A stretch of 64,000 nt of DNA from Octopus vulgaris (taxonomy: Eukaryota): positions 176,204,001 to 176,268,000 of the forward strand of contig OX597816.1 of NCBI GenBank assembly GCA_951406725.2, in the 5' to 3' direction. Within the stretch, counting starts at the first letter, position 1. Each line of letters opens with the position of its first letter. Under the pieces are notes generated by a model. It had not been told where the DNA came from. It made no database searches and saw nothing but the letters and a program-made list of their open reading frames with translations. The translations under genes were made by a program, and so were the position numbers. Below, in pieces: positions 1-11,775 of the stretch.

Positions 1-231
1 CATAAGAGTGTTGAAAAAATAACAAGTGTTCCTGTGTCATTTCTCAAAATCACTCTATGAAGACAGTTTGCAATGGTGTCTCCATGAAACTGGTAGTTTG
101 CAGAATATTATGTACTTGCATTATGTTAACTACCCAATGAGGAATGAGATCCAGTATGCAGGGTTTCTTTTTGTTCCAGTTCGTGGTAGTCCAATATTTT
201 GCCCATATACTACACAATTATTACTGGTATT

Positions 232-612
232 GGAGGCGCAATGGCCCAGTGGTTTGGGCAGCGGACTCGCGGTCATAGGATCGCGGTTTCGATTCCCAGA
301 CCGGGCGTTGTGAGTGTTTATTGAGCGAAAACACCTAAAAGCTCCACGACGCTCCGGCAGGGGATGGTGGTGATCCCTGCTGTACTCTTTCACCACAACT
401 TTCTCTCACTCTTACTTCCTGTTTCTGTTGTACCTGTATTTCAAGGGGCCAGCCTTGTCACTCTCTGTGTCACGCTGAATATCCCCGAGAACTACGTTAA
501 GGGTACACGTGTCTGTGGAGTGCTCAGCCACTTACACGTTAATTTCACGAGCAGGCTGTTCCGTTGATCGGATCAACCGGAACCCTCATCGTCGTAACCG
601 ACGGAGTGCTTC
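232..612 (+). mobile_element. tRNA-derived SINE (octopus OR-like head), tail type A
   Basis: A box TGGCCCAGTGG and B-box-like GGTTTCGATTCCC. The head is shared with the copies at 13931-14237 and 36844-37133. Confidence 0.8.
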
Positions 613-1084
613 CACCATTACTGCTATAAATTTCTCACTCTGCAGAAAGAGGGATGCTGGAAATAATTTTAATTTCATATTTTTGTGTGATAAAGAAAAT
701 ATAATTTGTAAACAAGATAACTTTTTCTATTAGCCTCAACTTCAGAGATAAAATATTTTGTAATATTTATGTCTAATATTTTTCAGTTTGTTTAATTTCT
801 GATCATCATTGGGTATCTTATTCCTGGATAGTACCAGACCGGGTTTCGTTGTAACTGTATTATTTTGATAGTAATGTTGGCTTAGTGCTTATGATAATCT
901 ACTGATTCAGAGATAAGGAATTCAAACCTCATTTTATTCTTAGCTTTTCAAATATTCGTTGAAGACATGACTGGTTTTGAAACTACTATTGCACTGTGAC
1001 TGTAACATAAGCTGTTAATTTTCAGGCTGTCATGTATGTATGTTGCACTATATCAGGTCAAGTTGAAGCTACCTCTCAAGTCCA

Positions 1085-1420
1085 TCATCATCGTTTAGCG
1101 TCCGCTTTCCATGCTAGCATGGGTTGGACGGTTCTACTGGGGTCTGTGAAGCCAGAAGGCTTCATCAGGCCCAGTCAAATCTGGCAGTGTTTCTACGGCT
1201 GGATGCCCTTCCTAACGCCAACCACTCCGAGAGTGTAGTGGGTGCTTTTTACGTGCCACCCGCACAGGTGCCAGACAGAGCTGGCAAACGGCCACGAACG
1301 GATGGTGCCTTTTATGTGCCACCAGCACGAGGGCCAGGCGAGGCTGGCAACGGACACGAAACGGGGCGGTGCTGGCAACGGTCGCGAAACGGAAGGTTCT
1401 CTTACATGCTACCGGCACTG
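1085..1420 (-). repeat. representative RTE 3'-tail repeat (other copies near 2163, 4813-5613, 7221, 9510, 11140, 24485, 24812, 27950, 34790, 38304, 39495, 41257, 45268, 53073)
   Basis: Shared GGTTGGCGTTAGGAAGGGCATCCAGC...CCGTCCAACCCATGCTAGCATGGAAAGCGGACGTTAAACGA(TGA)n. It is contiguous with RTE ORFs at 15-16 and 17-19 kb. Confidence 0.85.
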
Positions 1421-1469
1421 GTAACACATCTGCAATTTCCATTGATCGATTTCGATTGGAAAAGCAAGG

Positions 1470-2790
1470 CTCTTAACCATGCTTGAAGATTCGAAAGACA
1501 GGCAGAAAATGGAAAATATGGAAAATCAAGGAGGTGGGGGATGCAGCCTTACAATCAGAGAAATAATGGGATATATTGAAGCCAATAGGCAAGGACTGTG
1601 CATAACAGAACTGCAATGGTGGTTAGAGGCCAGGAGAAAATTGAGGAGGGATCTGATTCTGCAGAAGATGAAAAGGGAAGAGAATGCCATGTAGAGTAGA
1701 ACGAAGAGGGCCAATGGAGGATGTAGAAAGGTGCACTCCAGAATTGTCTTAGCTGGAAACACTTGTGACATAATGACACCTCTTGGAATAAGTTTTTATC
1801 TTCAGATTTGTCTTTGATCTCCTTTCAAACATGAACCTAGTGAAGTAGGACAAATCAGATAATCCTGTGTGCCCACTCTTTTGAAGTAGATAGACAAGGG
1901 AACATGTTCTAAGCTCCTGGAAGAGTAGAACTAGCCCAAGGAAGATACACAAGGAGGCACTGTCCACATAATTAGTATGGTAAGAGTAGAACCAGAATCT
2001 CTTTCAACATTTTACATGGCAGGAGGTAGCAAATCATGACCAGGAACACATGCCATACGAGACACAAGAATGAACCCTTCTGAGTAGTGTGAATGACTGG
2101 GATTGCTCAGCAGACTTTCCAGGATCAACAAAACAACCAGAAATCACCAGGAAGGGTGGTGTCATCATCATCATCATCGTTTAATGTCCGTTTTCCATGC
2201 TAGCATGGGTTGGACGGTTCGACCGGGGATCTGGGAAGCCAGAAGGCTGCAACAGGCTCCGGTCTTATCTGGCAATGTTTCTACAGCTGGATGCCCTTCC
2301 TAATGCCAACCACTCCATGAGTGTAGTGGGTGTTTTTTACATGCCACCTGCACTGGTGCCAGGCGAGGCTGGCATCGGCCACGGTCGGATTGGTGCATTT
2401 TACGTGCCACCGGCACGGAAGCCAGTCGAGGCGGCACTGGCTTCGGCCACGATTCGGAGATGTGAGTTCAGATATTGTATTCTATTCCAGTTCATCAAAG
2501 CAACTGATTTTGATTGAACTCACGTTGCTGTTTGAAAGTGCACTAGAAGAATATATGTTCAAGCCTGTAAAACACACCAGTCTGACCAACATCTTGGGGG
2601 AAGCAAACTTTCAGGTCAAGGTTGTTGCTATAGAGGTTGGAGCCAGAAGTTTTGTGATTAAATCTGCTTATCATCTTAACCTCTAGGAAGAACAAGACAA
2701 AAGCCCTAAAGGCAATATCAGAGACAGCAGAGAGAATTTCCAGCTAAATTTGGCTGAAGAGGAACAAAAACGACCTCAATACTGTGTGAA
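1470..2790 (+). pseudogene. decayed RLE-type non-LTR retrotransposon C-terminus (HERO-like)
   Basis: DKSDNPVCPL...EHVLSS...AQGRYT (CCHC-region remnant) and QLILIELTLLFE...VAIEVGARSF (restriction-like endonuclease motifs IELTVPWE / VEVGARGF). It has many stops and is split by an RTE tail at about 2163-2457. Confidence 0.7.
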
Positions 2791-2974
2791 GATAATATTT
2801 TTTATGTAAAGTATAGAAGCCATCTTAACATGGCTAACCACATAGGGGAGGGGGTGTTACTGTAGCTCTATAGCCCCAGGAGATCGTCGTCTCTAGCTGG
2901 CTTTAGACACCATTTCAGTGCCCTTGAAGTATTTACAAAGGGAGGCCATCCCTTCCTCGCAAGCCTGAGTGATA

Positions 2975-3017
2975 CGCTCGGACTAGTTTCGGGATTTTTG
3001 TCCCTTGTCAACGGGCG
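2975..3017 (-). ncRNA. minimal type-I hammerhead ribozyme motif, U3-A8 variant
   Basis: Minus strand reads CGCCCG-UUGACAA-GGGA CAAAAA UCCC-GAAA-CUAG-UC-CGAGCG. Stem I has one mismatch, stem II is 4 bp, stem III is the palindrome ACUAGU, and the cleavage triplet is GUC. Confidence 0.75.
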
Positions 3018-3860
3018 GTAACCACCAGGTCACGATGAAAGAGAAGGCCGCCTTGCAAATATATAAGAGTTTTTCTAGTGACGTCTGCCACTGATTTCGA
3101 ATAATTTTAATTACAAATTTTAATTACAAATCAAACAGGTAAGATGCATTAAGAATTTCAATTTTAGTGTTTATCCATAATATTATTGCTTTTACATCTG
3201 TTGATTAAATTTACCTTCCCATAAAAGTCAAATTCAATCAGCAAGATCAGCTAAAATTACATAACTATAAACCACTGGTATATAAGCACCCACTGACAAA
3301 ATTTCAAATCTGCATGTAAAAAATTAACTAAGTTACAAGCAAATATTTTGGACACCCCCTTTGAACCTGAATAATTCAGAATAACATGAGCAAATAAGCA
3401 TTAAATTTTACAGATTAAACTGAGCACTAAAGGGTTAACTGCACAAGTCTGATATCCAAGTGACTGAAAAGTGTCAGTACCCAGAAATCATGATCTGATA
3501 TATTTGGAGCTATGTCCTTTTAGTTGGATAATCTTCAGTACAAATGTGTGTGTGTATGTACACAAACACATATACACAAGATGTATATATATGTATACAT
3601 TGATGTTTGTTTTTATGTTCAGTTATAATAAAAATAATTTTATATTAATCTGATGGGCTATTCTATATTTTCATAGAGTACAAATTTATCATTCTCATAA
3701 AAGGATGTTTTTATCTGACTTTGAAGTTAAGGCAAGTTAAGCCTTCATCGGACTGCAGTATGATGATGACTTAGCTGGCCATAACTTTAAAGTCACTGTG
3801 AACAACATTCTTGGATAAAAATAGTAAATATATGTGTATATGTATGAATATATATATATG

Positions 3861-4190
3861 CAATTACAGCGTGGAAGGTGTTTATAAGCCATTTAAGAAA
3901 CACACAAAAGTCGTTCGATTCACTTCAACATTTAAGTTTAATTTGTCAAAATATTTTCGTCGCTAAAATCCGCGACCTGTTCACTGACAAAAATCCGGAT
4001 TTTTGTCAGTGAACAGGTCGCGGTCTTATAGCGGCGAAAATATTTTGACAAATTAAACTTAAATGTTGAAGTGAATTGAACGGCTTTTGTGTGTTTCTTA
4101 AATGGCTTATAAACACCTTCCACGCTGTAATTGTTTTCGTTTCAGCACACGATCTCAGATCAAATTACTTGCTATGCAAGTACATCTCCT
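3861..4190. mobile_element. head-to-head inverted copies of a Penelope pseudo-LTR-like repeat (palindrome 3861-4133)
   Basis: Arms of about 136 bp meet without a spacer at AAAATCC|GGATTTT (3996/3997). The same family recurs at about 12930-13135. Confidence 0.7.
4002..4052 (+). ncRNA. atypical hammerhead-like motif, G3-C8 variant (mirror copy at 3942-3991 on the minus strand)
   Basis: UUUGUCA-GUGAACA-G-GUCGC(loop)GCGGC-GAAA-AUAUUU-UGACAAA. Stem I is 7 bp, there is an extra nucleotide after A9, stem III is the palindrome AAUAUU, and the triplet is UUU. Confidence 0.55.
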
Positions 4191-4771
4191 ATATATATAT
4201 ATATGAATATATGTATAAATATATATGTGTAAATCACAAAACCTATTCTTTCCACCTTTCCTAAGTGTTAAACTAATACGTTCCATGTGTTTGTGCGTTT
4301 GTTATTTTTAATGCTCAAATGTTTGTTCAAGTTTTAATTCAATTTGACTATATATGTGTGTATATATAGGTATGTATGTGTATATATAGATTAGAGGCAG
4401 ATATTCTCTGTATAGAATACTCTTCGTAGTGCTCAAGAAATTTGAACTTGAGCAGGTAGAGGAGGAGTAAATGTAAGGACAAGCAATTTAGGCTGGTCGA
4501 CACACAAAAAATATTAAATATATTTAATACAAAAAATGTACATATAAAAAAGTCTGACTTACACAGAATAGAAATGATATCAGGAATTAAAGGGGTTGAG
4601 TGGTAGTTTTATGAGTTCAACAGCTGTTTCTGGGGGTTTGGTGGTGCAAATTAATGATTGTAACTTGATTCTATCAACAGATAATGACAGCCTCCATCTT
4701 CAGGGAGGAATTTTACATTTGAGGTGTTGACAGAATGGAGAGAGAGAAATAAAAAACCCAAAAGGAATATG

Positions 4772-4803
<32 letters not shown>

Positions 4804-5883
4804 TGTGTGTGTGTGTGTGAAGAAGTGCCACTCCCAAAGTGTTGAAGGAACCCGGGATAGAGGTAGACCCAGGAAGACATGGGATGAGGTGGTCAAGCAT
4901 GACCTTTGAACGAAAGACCGAGACCTCTGGAAATATGCTGTGACTGCGAAGACCCGACAAATGAAGTGAGTTCATGGCTCGCAGGACGGCCTGCTATGCT
5001 AACCTCGGATTGTAGGGCGACCTGCTGTGCTTGGGGAAACCTATTGAGTCAAGTACATCAATATCAAAATAAAAATCAAATGGATAGTGTAGTTGTGGTG
5101 CCCGTGGCACGTTGGGCCTCACAGTGGAAATGATGAAAGACCGAGATCTGAGATATGCTGAAGTCAGTTCATGGCTCGCCGGACGGCCTGCTGTGGTAAC
5201 CTTGGATTGTAGAGTGACCCGCTGTGTTTGAGGAGACCTATTGAGTCAAGTACATCAACATCAAAATAAAAATCATGAAAATTGTAGTCATGATACCCGT
5301 GCCAGTGGCACGTAAAATGCACTGTCCAAGCGTGGCTGATGCCAGCGCTGCCTGACTGGCATCCGTGTCAGTGACACGTAAAAGACACCAACTGATCATG
5401 GATGTTTGCCAGCCTCCTCTGGTCCCTATGCCGATGGCACATAAAAAGCACCCACTACACTCACTGAGTGGTTGGCGTTAGGAAGGGCATCCAGCTGTAG
5501 AAACTCTGCCAGATCAAGACTGGAGCCTGGTGCAACCTCCTGGCTTCCCAGACCCCGGTTGAACCGTACAACCCATGTTAGCAAGGAAAATGGACGTTAA
5601 ACGATGATGATGATATATATATGTGTGTGTGTATATATATGTATGTATAGATATGTATATATATATAGAGATACGTAATAGAAATATGTTATAAAAAGAA
5701 AATAGAAACTACACAAGGAAATGTAAGGGGAAAGTAAGAAGAAAAACAAGCGAAAATGCACATTGGAAGTAAAAAAAGGTAAAGGCTTTTTATGAAAAGT
5801 AACGATAGATATACACAATTACTTGAACTGAGGTAGGAATAAAAATAATAAAGGTCATTATTGTGAATTGTTAAAGAGATTCA

Positions 5884-5922
5884 AAAGCATACGGGTTTCG
5901 TAAATTTACTACTCATTGCTTT
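5884..5922 (-). ncRNA. minimal type-I hammerhead ribozyme motif, A3-U8 variant, in a Penelope 3' end
   Basis: Minus strand reads AAAGCA-AUGAGUA-GUAAAUUUAC-GAAA-CCCG-UA-UGCUUU. Stem I is a perfect 6 bp, G10.1-C11.1 is present, and the triplet is GUA. It lies downstream of the GIY-YIG remnant on the same strand. Confidence 0.7.
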
Positions 5923-6079
5923 GAATACACAGCAATTAATGAACTGTGTCAGTTTTACTAGTCACTGAGTAAAAAGATTATGTGTAAGGGAGGTAAGTAG
6001 TTCAGGATTTGGTGCAATTAGGGTAGATATAGATCTGTACTGTGTATGGGATGTATGGGGGTTATTGGTATTAATTGAA

Positions 6080-6296
6080 AGGCGGCGAGCTGGCAGAAAT
6101 GTTAGCACGCCAGGCGAAATGCTTAGCGGTATTTCGTCTGTGTTACGTTGTGAGTTCAAATTCCGCCGAGGTCGACTTTGCCTTTCATCCTTTCGGGGTC
6201 AATAAATTAAGTACCAGTTACGCACTGGGGTCGATGTAATCGACTTAATACCTATGTCTGTCCTTGTTTAGCCCCTTGTGGGTAATAAAGAAATAG
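6080..6296 (+). mobile_element. SINE family AGGCGGCGAGCTGGCAGAA (also 10153-10387 +, 28638-28871 +, 54618-54831 -)
   Basis: GAGTTCAAATTCC B box and GCCTTTCATCCTTTCGGGGTC central box. Clear TSDs: GGTATTAATTGAAA here, GGTACTACACTTTGCC at 10.1 kb and GTTATATATTATCTTAT at 28.6 kb. Confidence 0.88.
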
Positions 6297-7189
6297 GTAT
6301 TAATTGAAAGGTTAGTAGTGTTCTGTATTATGTTATGTGTTCATATTGAGTTGGGGAAGATATTTATTGATGAAAGTTGCCTCTTTATTCATTCCTTGTT
6401 GTACTGAGGTGTTCTGCGAACATTGATAGAAAGGGGAAATTAGGATTAAGATTCCTATCACACCTTTCTATGTGTTCACTGACCTGTAACTGTCTGTATT
6501 GTGGGTGGCGGATTTGTTCTTTGTGGATAGTGGTTCTTCGACGGAGTGATATTCCTGTTTGGCCAATATAATTATTACCACACCCTAAACATGTAATGGC
6601 ATAGATTAGATTTTCCGAGGTACAGGAGAAATTTGATTTGATCTTAAATATTTCACCTTGTTTAAAGTGGAACTCTGAACCCTCCAAAAAGGGGGGGGGG
6701 CATGTACCACAGTTAGGTCAACCACATTTTTTCGCTTTTGATTCTGTTGTTAATGGATATAGTCTTGCGCTGGTTAATATTTTCTTCAGTGATTTAGGTT
6801 GCATTTTGCTTTTGATAATTTTGTATGAGCTTAAAATTTTGTTCATTGTTTTATCTCCTGTGAAGATGGGAATATTTTGGGTGCTAATATTGAAAGCTTC
6901 GTTGCTTCTAAGGTTATATGTGGAGATGTACGGGAGTATTTTTAAGTCTGGTTTAGTATTTCAGTTGACTTCCCTTAATGTTCGTATATCTATTTCCATA
7001 GCTTGTTTATAGATATGTATATATAGATATGTATATATATAGATATGTATATATAGATATATATACGTATGTATATAGATATATATATGTATGTATATAT
7101 GTGTGTATATTTATGTATACGTGTGTGTCTATATATACATACGTGTATAGATATGTGTATATTTATGTACATCTGTGTGTGTATATATG

Positions 7190-7220
<31 letters not shown>

Positions 7221-7667
7221 CCAGCTGTAGAAACACTGCCACATCTGACTGGCCTGGTGCAGCCTTCGGGCTTCCCAGACCCCAGTTGAACCGTCCAACC
7301 CATGCTAGCATGGAAAGCGGACGTTAAACGATGATGATGATGATGATGATGATATATATATGTATATGTGTGTGTGTGTGTGTAGGTATATATATATTTA
7401 TTTCTATTAACATGTCTGTTTGATGAGTGTTGTTATTTATATCTTTTCTGATGAGATTGATGCATTGCTGGCCATGATTTATCCTGTTGGACATTTTTGG
7501 AGTGCATCTGTCAAAACATACGTAGAAGACTTCAGGGTATAAATGGTTTAACATCCCAAGCATTCCTCTCCTTATTCAATTTTCCTATATTTGTATATAT
7601 GTGTATGTGTGTGTGTGTATATAAATATATGTATAGATGTATATATATATATATATATATATATACA

Positions 7668-7709
<42 letters not shown>

Positions 7710-7814
7710 TGTATATGTGTATATAGATGTGTGTGTATATATAGATAGATAGATAGATGTATATGTGTATATAGATGTATATGTTTATATAGATGTATGT
7801 GTGTGTGTGTATAG

Positions 7815-7879
<65 letters not shown>

Positions 7880-8032
7880 AAAAAAAAGGGACAGGCAACA
7901 GGTTGCTTGACCACATACTGAAAAAGTAGAAATAGCAGTCAAGAATGCTTATTTCTATTTTCCACAAGTGGGGCTCTACCAGTAAATAATTGTGGTCTTT
8001 TTTTAAAAACCATTATAGAAATTATTTACTCT

Positions 8033-8090
<58 letters not shown>

Positions 8091-8093
<3 letters not shown>

Positions 8094-8490
8094 AGTGGCT
8101 GTGTGGTAAGTAGCTTGCTAACCAACCACATGGTTCCGGGTTCAGTCCCACTGCGTGGCATCTTGGGCAAGTGTCTTCTACTATAGCCTCGGGCCGACCA
8201 AAGCCTTGTGAGTGGATTTGGTAGACTGAAACTGAAAGAAGCCCGTCGTATATATGTATATATATATATATGTGTGTGTTTGCGTGTCTGTGTTTGTTCC
8301 CCTAGCATTGCTTGACAACCGATGCTGGGGTGTTTACGTCCTTGTCACTTAGCGGTTTGGCAAAAAAGAGACCGATAGAATAAGTACTGGGCTTACAAAG
8401 AATAAGTCCCGGGGTCGAGTTGCTCGATTAAAGGCGGTGCTCCAGCATGGCCGCAGTCAAATGACTGAAACAAGTAAAAGAGTAAAAGAG
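8091..8490 (+). mobile_element. tRNA-headed SINE with CORE-like box and GAGTAAAA tail (also 14523-14937 -, 41901-42310 +, 52668-53067 -, 53452-53861 -, 60747-61153 +, 61520-61900 +)
   Basis: A box TGGCTGTGTGG, B box GGTTCAGTCCC, CTTGGGCAAGTGTCTT, an internal (TA)n(TG)n, and the 3' end GACTGAAACAAGTAAAAGAGTAAAAGAG. Confidence 0.88.
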
Positions 8491-8495
8491 AGAGA

Positions 8496-8546
<51 letters not shown>

Positions 8547-8559
8547 TGTATATATAAAT

Positions 8560-9500
8560 TGACTCAAAAAGTTTCAGTTTTTTCATGTGCTGTTTGTTTA
8601 CCCCTTTCTCCTAACCTATACTGCCCATTCAATTTTCTGATTACTACCTTATTCTTCAGCTCTCCTCTCATTCTCCTATTCACTTGCCCCAGTTCTTTCT
8701 GTGTCTTTTCCAGCTTCATTCATATTCTCTTCCTCCAGTTTTGGTTCTTTCTTTTCATTTGCTTTTATATCTTCAGGTTTTCACTTGTAACCTACAATGT
8801 TACCTATGACATTACCAGCAGCAGCTGGTTTGTTTTACTGATGTTTTCTGTTTCATTCAAGCTTATAACATTCCTCACTTGTTTTCTGTCCATACATCTT
8901 ACATTTGGTGGTACTTCATTGTTGCCATCAGATATTTTACCTTGAAACATTTCTAAGATTTCTTTGTCTTAAATTTTGTGCGGTACTTACTGTCACTTCA
9001 TTAGTTACTTTATCAGTATTCTCTGGTACTCTGGTTTCCATCTGTTTCAAGTTCTTCGTATCTTTCCCTTTAATTACTACTTTAATTACTACTGCTGTTT
9101 CACTCTCCTTCTGCTCTCTTTTTATTATGTTTCTCCGATTTCTTCAATCTCTACTCCCGTTATCCAATTGTCTCAATGGATTACTCTTGCTTGCTCTATC
9201 AGTCACTGGGGTGGATGCTTCAAAACCTCCTTTTTCATCCCATATTCTCTTCATTTGATTCATGAAACCTCTTTTATTTGACTTACATCTCAGCTGGCAC
9301 TTTATTACTATTTAGTTTACATCTTTTCCCCATTTTATTCTTTTTCTTCTGCACTTTTGACTGCAATTCTGGTCCTGATCAATAGCTTGATGACAACCTG
9401 CTGGAACTTCATCAGGTACTCCCTGCCTACCATGCACGACACCTTCACTGTTAACAGCTCCACTCCCATTAGCACAGTTGTGGTTATTATTTAATTTTAA
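8560..9500 (-). pseudogene. decayed R4/Dong-like non-LTR retrotransposon N-terminal region
   Basis: Minus-strand pieces KRGFMNQMKRIWDEKGGF...EQARVI..NWITGVEIEEI and KEPNWRKRI..KLEKTQKELGQV...KLNGQYRL resemble R4-clade ORF N-termini (recognised by eye). Confidence 0.55.
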
Positions 9501-11317
9501 CATCACTCATTTGGCCGAAGCCAGCGCCGCCTCGACTGGCTTCCGTGCAGGTGGCACGTAAAATGCACCAATCCGACCGTGGCCGATGCCAGCCTCGCCT
9601 GGCACCACTGCAGGTGGCACATAAAAAGCACCCACTACACTCATGGAGTGGTTGGCGTTAGGAAGGGCATCCAGCTGTAGAAACATTGCCAGATAAGACC
9701 GGAGCCTGGTGCAGCCTTCTGGCTTCCCAGATCCCCGGTCAAACCGTCCAACCCATGCTAGCATGGAGAACGGACGTTAAACGATGATGATGATGATTTA
9801 GAGGTAGCATTTGTAAGGTTGTGCAATCACCAGTATTTCTAATGTGACACCATCACTAGGCTTGTTGCTAGCCAAGGCTCCAAGAGTCTACATCTACCTT
9901 CATGTACACTGTTTTTTGTGCCAGTCTTGTTCTATCCATTGTTTTATATCTTTGTATTTGACATTTTCATTCCTGAGAATTTTGGTGTTGAAGTGGCACA
10001 TCCATCAGTGTTTTTATTGAGACACCTTCTCTAGAGGGGTTGCCAACCAAGGCTAAAGGGACCCTTCCTCCCCTGAGACAGGCTTAACCCTGCCAGACGT
10101 CAATGTGGTATTTCCAGATCTTTGGGTAGGCTTACAGGTACTACACTTTGCCAAGGCGGTGAGCTGGCAGATACGTTAGCACGCCGGGCGAAATGCGTAG
10201 CCGTATTTCGTCTGCCGTTACGTTCTGAGTTCAAATTCCGTCGAGGTCGACTTTGCCTTTCATCCTTTCAGGGTCGATAAATTAAGTACCAGTGATGCAC
10301 TGGGGTCGATATAATCGACTTAATCCCTTTGTTTGTCCGTGTTTGTCCTCTCTGTGTTTAGCCCCTTGTGGGTAGTAAAGAAATAGGTACTACACTTTGC
10401 CCAATGGTGACCTGAAGAGTAACTTTGTTCTTCCCACATCGTGATGCCACAACTGGTTGCAGTTTCATGCCATACTCAAGGTGTGTTATCATTAGTATTA
10501 TCATCATTTGCTTGTGTTGTTAGTGGTGGTGGTGGTGGTGGTGGTCGTAGCACTGGTGTAAACTATTGTTCTCTTTGACTATTTCCTGTAGTCCTGGTGG
10601 CTCTGTTACCATTATTGCTCTTCTGTCTCTGATTGTTTCTGTTGCTTTTGTGTTTGCGTTCTTGTTGTTGACTGTGTTGGTGGGATGGCCTTTGTTGTTA
10701 TTGATTTAGAACACTTTCTATGGCCTTCCAAATTGGAGTACTAATGTTCATTCTCTTTGACATGCTGTTTTTACATATTTGGGTGGGAGTAGGGGCTGCT
10801 GGATGAGTTTCTGGTTTGGTCTGTTAGGAGCAAAGGTGGTTAGATTGGCTGTCTTGCCATATATGTGCCCTGGAGCATTATTTTCATGGCCATTCAGACT
10901 GCTTGGTTCGTTTTCAAATAGCTGTCTGGTTGGTCAGGTATTATTATTTAACTATTATTCACCTTACATCTAGATCTCACCTCTTTCTCTTTCCTGGTAG
11001 GCAAGCTATGTATTCACCTCTTAGGCAAGGCACCTGGTCCTTGTCTATCATAGTTTCTTATCCCTGCATTTTGTACCCAACACAATTGAGAGGCCTTACT
11101 TTGCAGATACTTGACAACCTTTTTAAGTGGCTCTGCTGGTGTCATATAACAAACACCCAGTACACTCTGTTAAGTGGTTAGCATTAGGAAAGGCTTCAAG
11201 CTGTAGAAACCAGGCCAAAGCAGACATAGAATCTGGAGCAGCCTTCTGGCTCATCTATTCTTATCAAACTATCCAACCCACGCCAGTGTGAAAAGGACAT
11301 CAAATGATGATGATGAT

Positions 11318-11359
<42 letters not shown>

Positions 11360-11454
11360 TAAAGTTAATCCAAACATGAAAACACAAAGAGAAAACACAA
11401 CAACGCGAGGACGTGGAACAAATATAGTATTATTGGATGCAAGGGAAGAAGGAG

Positions 11455-11490
11455 GGTTTTACGTTATGAGCGGAGCTCTTCGTCAGAAAC
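11455..11490 (-). ncRNA. degenerate hammerhead motif (C3-G8) in a Penelope pseudo-LTR-like repeat (~11360-11548)
   Basis: Minus strand reads GUUU-CUGACGA-A-GAGC UCC GCUC-AUAA-CG-UA-AAAC. The GAAA box reads AUAA, so it is probably inactive. Confidence 0.5.
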
Positions 11491-11555
11491 ATAGAAGGGA
11501 AGACAGAGGAAAAAAATCGCCAATGGCACACACTCGGTCACATTTTGGAATATAT

Positions 11556-11591
<36 letters not shown>

Positions 11592-11688
11592 GAATAAAAA
11601 ATGGAGTTAACGCAGGTGTAATTTTGCTGCCCTGGTAACTATTTATTTATTTTTCCGTGTTAATTGTTAACAAGGTAAAAATACACTC

Positions 11689-11721
<33 letters not shown>

Positions 11722-11775
11722 GATAGATAGAAAGGTACAATATGTATACATTATATGAAACATACATAATATATA

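Larger units (their letters stand above)
5850..7010 (-). mobile_element. Penelope-like retroelement 3' fragment (GIY-YIG endonuclease plus pseudo-LTR), interrupted by a SINE
   Basis: ORF 6385-6687 contains FSCTSENLIYAITCLGCGNNYIGQTGISLRRRTTIHK, preceded by LPYISTYN and the KCG*PNCGTC Cys motif. In-frame stops are present. A hammerhead lies downstream. Confidence 0.85.

Noticed and set aside
232-310. tRNA genes (here and at other SINE heads)
   Set aside because: A and B boxes are present, but they run into SINE bodies and I cannot draw complete cloverleaves.
831-860. partial hammerhead (minus-strand CGAAACCCGGUC)
   Set aside because: Only the GAAA and stem III half is present; no NUGANNA box or stem I partner was found.
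3079-3144. upstream BAP18 exon ending CAG|GTAAGA
   Set aside because: The donor is good, but no frame resembles the expected N-terminus (KVGEIF..AG.AF.KLGELTMQLHP).
6990-8090. YIYIYI / CVCV-type ORFs (also near 44.8, 52 and 54 kb)
   Set aside because: They are translations of (TA)n and (CA)n microsatellites.
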